In this document: positions 62,888-64,000 of the stretch, one piece after another
Numbering within the stretch: the first letter of the stretch is position 1
Layout: every line of letters starts with the position of its first letter
Assembly: GCA_973851085.1 (NCBI GenBank)
Contig: OZ316775.1
Coordinates: forward strand, 15,624,001 to 15,688,000
Reading direction: 5' to 3'
Source of the DNA: Ptychomitrium polyphyllum
Lineage: Eukaryota
Length of the DNA: 64,000 bases
The notes under the pieces: model-generated
What the model was told of the DNA's origin: nothing
What the model saw: only the letters and a program-made list of their open reading frames with translations
Database searches by the model: none
Program-made: the position numbers and the translations under genes

Positions 62888-63944
62888 ATGGTGAGCTTCA
62901 CAACACCTGCATGCTTTCTTCTTTCCGTGGTTCTTTTCCAACCGCGGGATGCAACCAACTTCTTTTAATACTGAAGTCGTCTGTTTGCGATTTTGGATCA
63001 GGCGTTCATCAAGCCAAACAAGACGAAGGCCTACTTCAAGAGGTTTCAGGTCAAGTACAAACGTCGCAGAGGTGAGATTCTATTGCCGTTTTACAGCATG
63101 CAGGGCTTTGTGGTTGTTGAGGGGGATGTTGTTGTGGGATTAGTTGTGCTGTTTTGTGGTGGGAAGAGTTGATTAGGGTTTGGGGTTGCTGATTGTGTTC
63201 CGGTACTTGATGCAGCCGGTAAGACTGATTACCGTGCCAGGATTCGCTTGACGACTCAGGACAAGAACAAGTACAATACCCCCAAGTACCGGTTCGTCGT
63301 GCGATTCGTATCCTTTTGAAACGTCTGTGTTGGGTGATTCAATGGTGGGCATTCAGGGCAATTACTTTTGTAATAAACTGTCGCCTTGGGTATTTATTTT
63401 AGGTTTGTCATCAGGGAACTGTAGTAGCTGTCGGTGTTATCATGGTTGAGCGAAACGTGATTAGTTTTGCTGTTCTTAGGGTTTGATCTCTCATTCGACC
63501 TATTAGGTTTTCGGTTTATTTTGAAGTTCTGTTCTGTTGTTCTTTGGTCGTTATTCCTTTAGTCGTCGCAAACTAGACCAACAAGGATATAGTGGCGCAA
63601 ATCACCTACGCTACTCTTGCTGGTGATATCATTCTCACTTCCGCGTACGCTCATGAACTTCCCCGATATGGGTTGAAGGGTGGACTTACAAACTACGCTG
63701 CAGGTACGGGAAAATTGCAAGCTTTTCTTGAGCTGACCTAATCGGAACTTTCTTACATTCTGCCTTATGTTCACTTACAGTGTTTGTACATACTAAATTT
63801 GTCCCGAGAGGTCTCAATTCTGCTGGATTTGCACGACTGACGAAGTACACCATTCATGATGCAGCTTACTGCACTGGTCTTTTATTGGCCCGTCGTCATT
63901 TGAAGAACTTCGAGCTTGACCAGGAGTACGTCGGCAATGAAACG
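62888..63944 (+). CDS. RPL5: 60S ribosomal protein L5 (uL18), 5' part; gene continues beyond the window
   Basis: ATG-only first coding exon (62888-62890), then [23 protein letters not shown] (63002-63071), [31 protein letters not shown] (to 63307), [42 protein letters not shown] (from 63577) and [27 protein letters not shown]. Confidence 0.97.
63308..63576 (+). other. U12-type (minor spliceosome) GT-AG intron in RPL5
   Basis: 5' splice site GTATCCTTT and a branch-like TTCCTTTAG at 63554-63562, about 15 nt before the AG, with no polypyrimidine tract. Confidence 0.85.
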
Positions 63945-64000
63945 GTGCGTTGCTACACCTAAATCTATCTGTGATGAAGCCGACCGAGCTATCCCATATT

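Overview
Eukaryotic nuclear DNA from a land plant. Intron structure, telo-boxes, LHCBM-type genes and AT-rich decayed intergenic blocks suggest a moss, probably Physcomitrium/Funariaceae-like (inference). Apparently intact genes: the 3' end of a metallo-beta-lactamase/PhnP-like hydrolase, an intronless omega-3 fatty acid desaturase, VPS52 (about 20 exons), a D27-like beta-carotene isomerase, a DUF3754 protein, two tandem LHCII chlorophyll a/b-binding genes and the 5' part of ribosomal protein L5. At least five disrupted genes lie between them: NLR-type LRR, P-class PPR, AP2/ERF, trihelix and strictosidine-synthase-like. The most notable signals are: (1) a tandemly duplicated, probably mutually exclusive exon pair in the hydrolase; (2) LHCB copies with identical exon 2 but about 10% diverged exon 1 and unrelated introns, consistent with gene conversion; (3) a U12-type intron in RPL5; (4) a head-to-head pair of broken, intronless transcription factor genes; (5) a spliced 46-aa small-ORF candidate; (6) a telo-box-rich spliced non-coding or ubiquitin-like relic locus. 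No prokaryotic-type systems, CRISPR arrays, rRNA or tRNA could be supported. All family calls come from my recognition of motifs, not from database searches.
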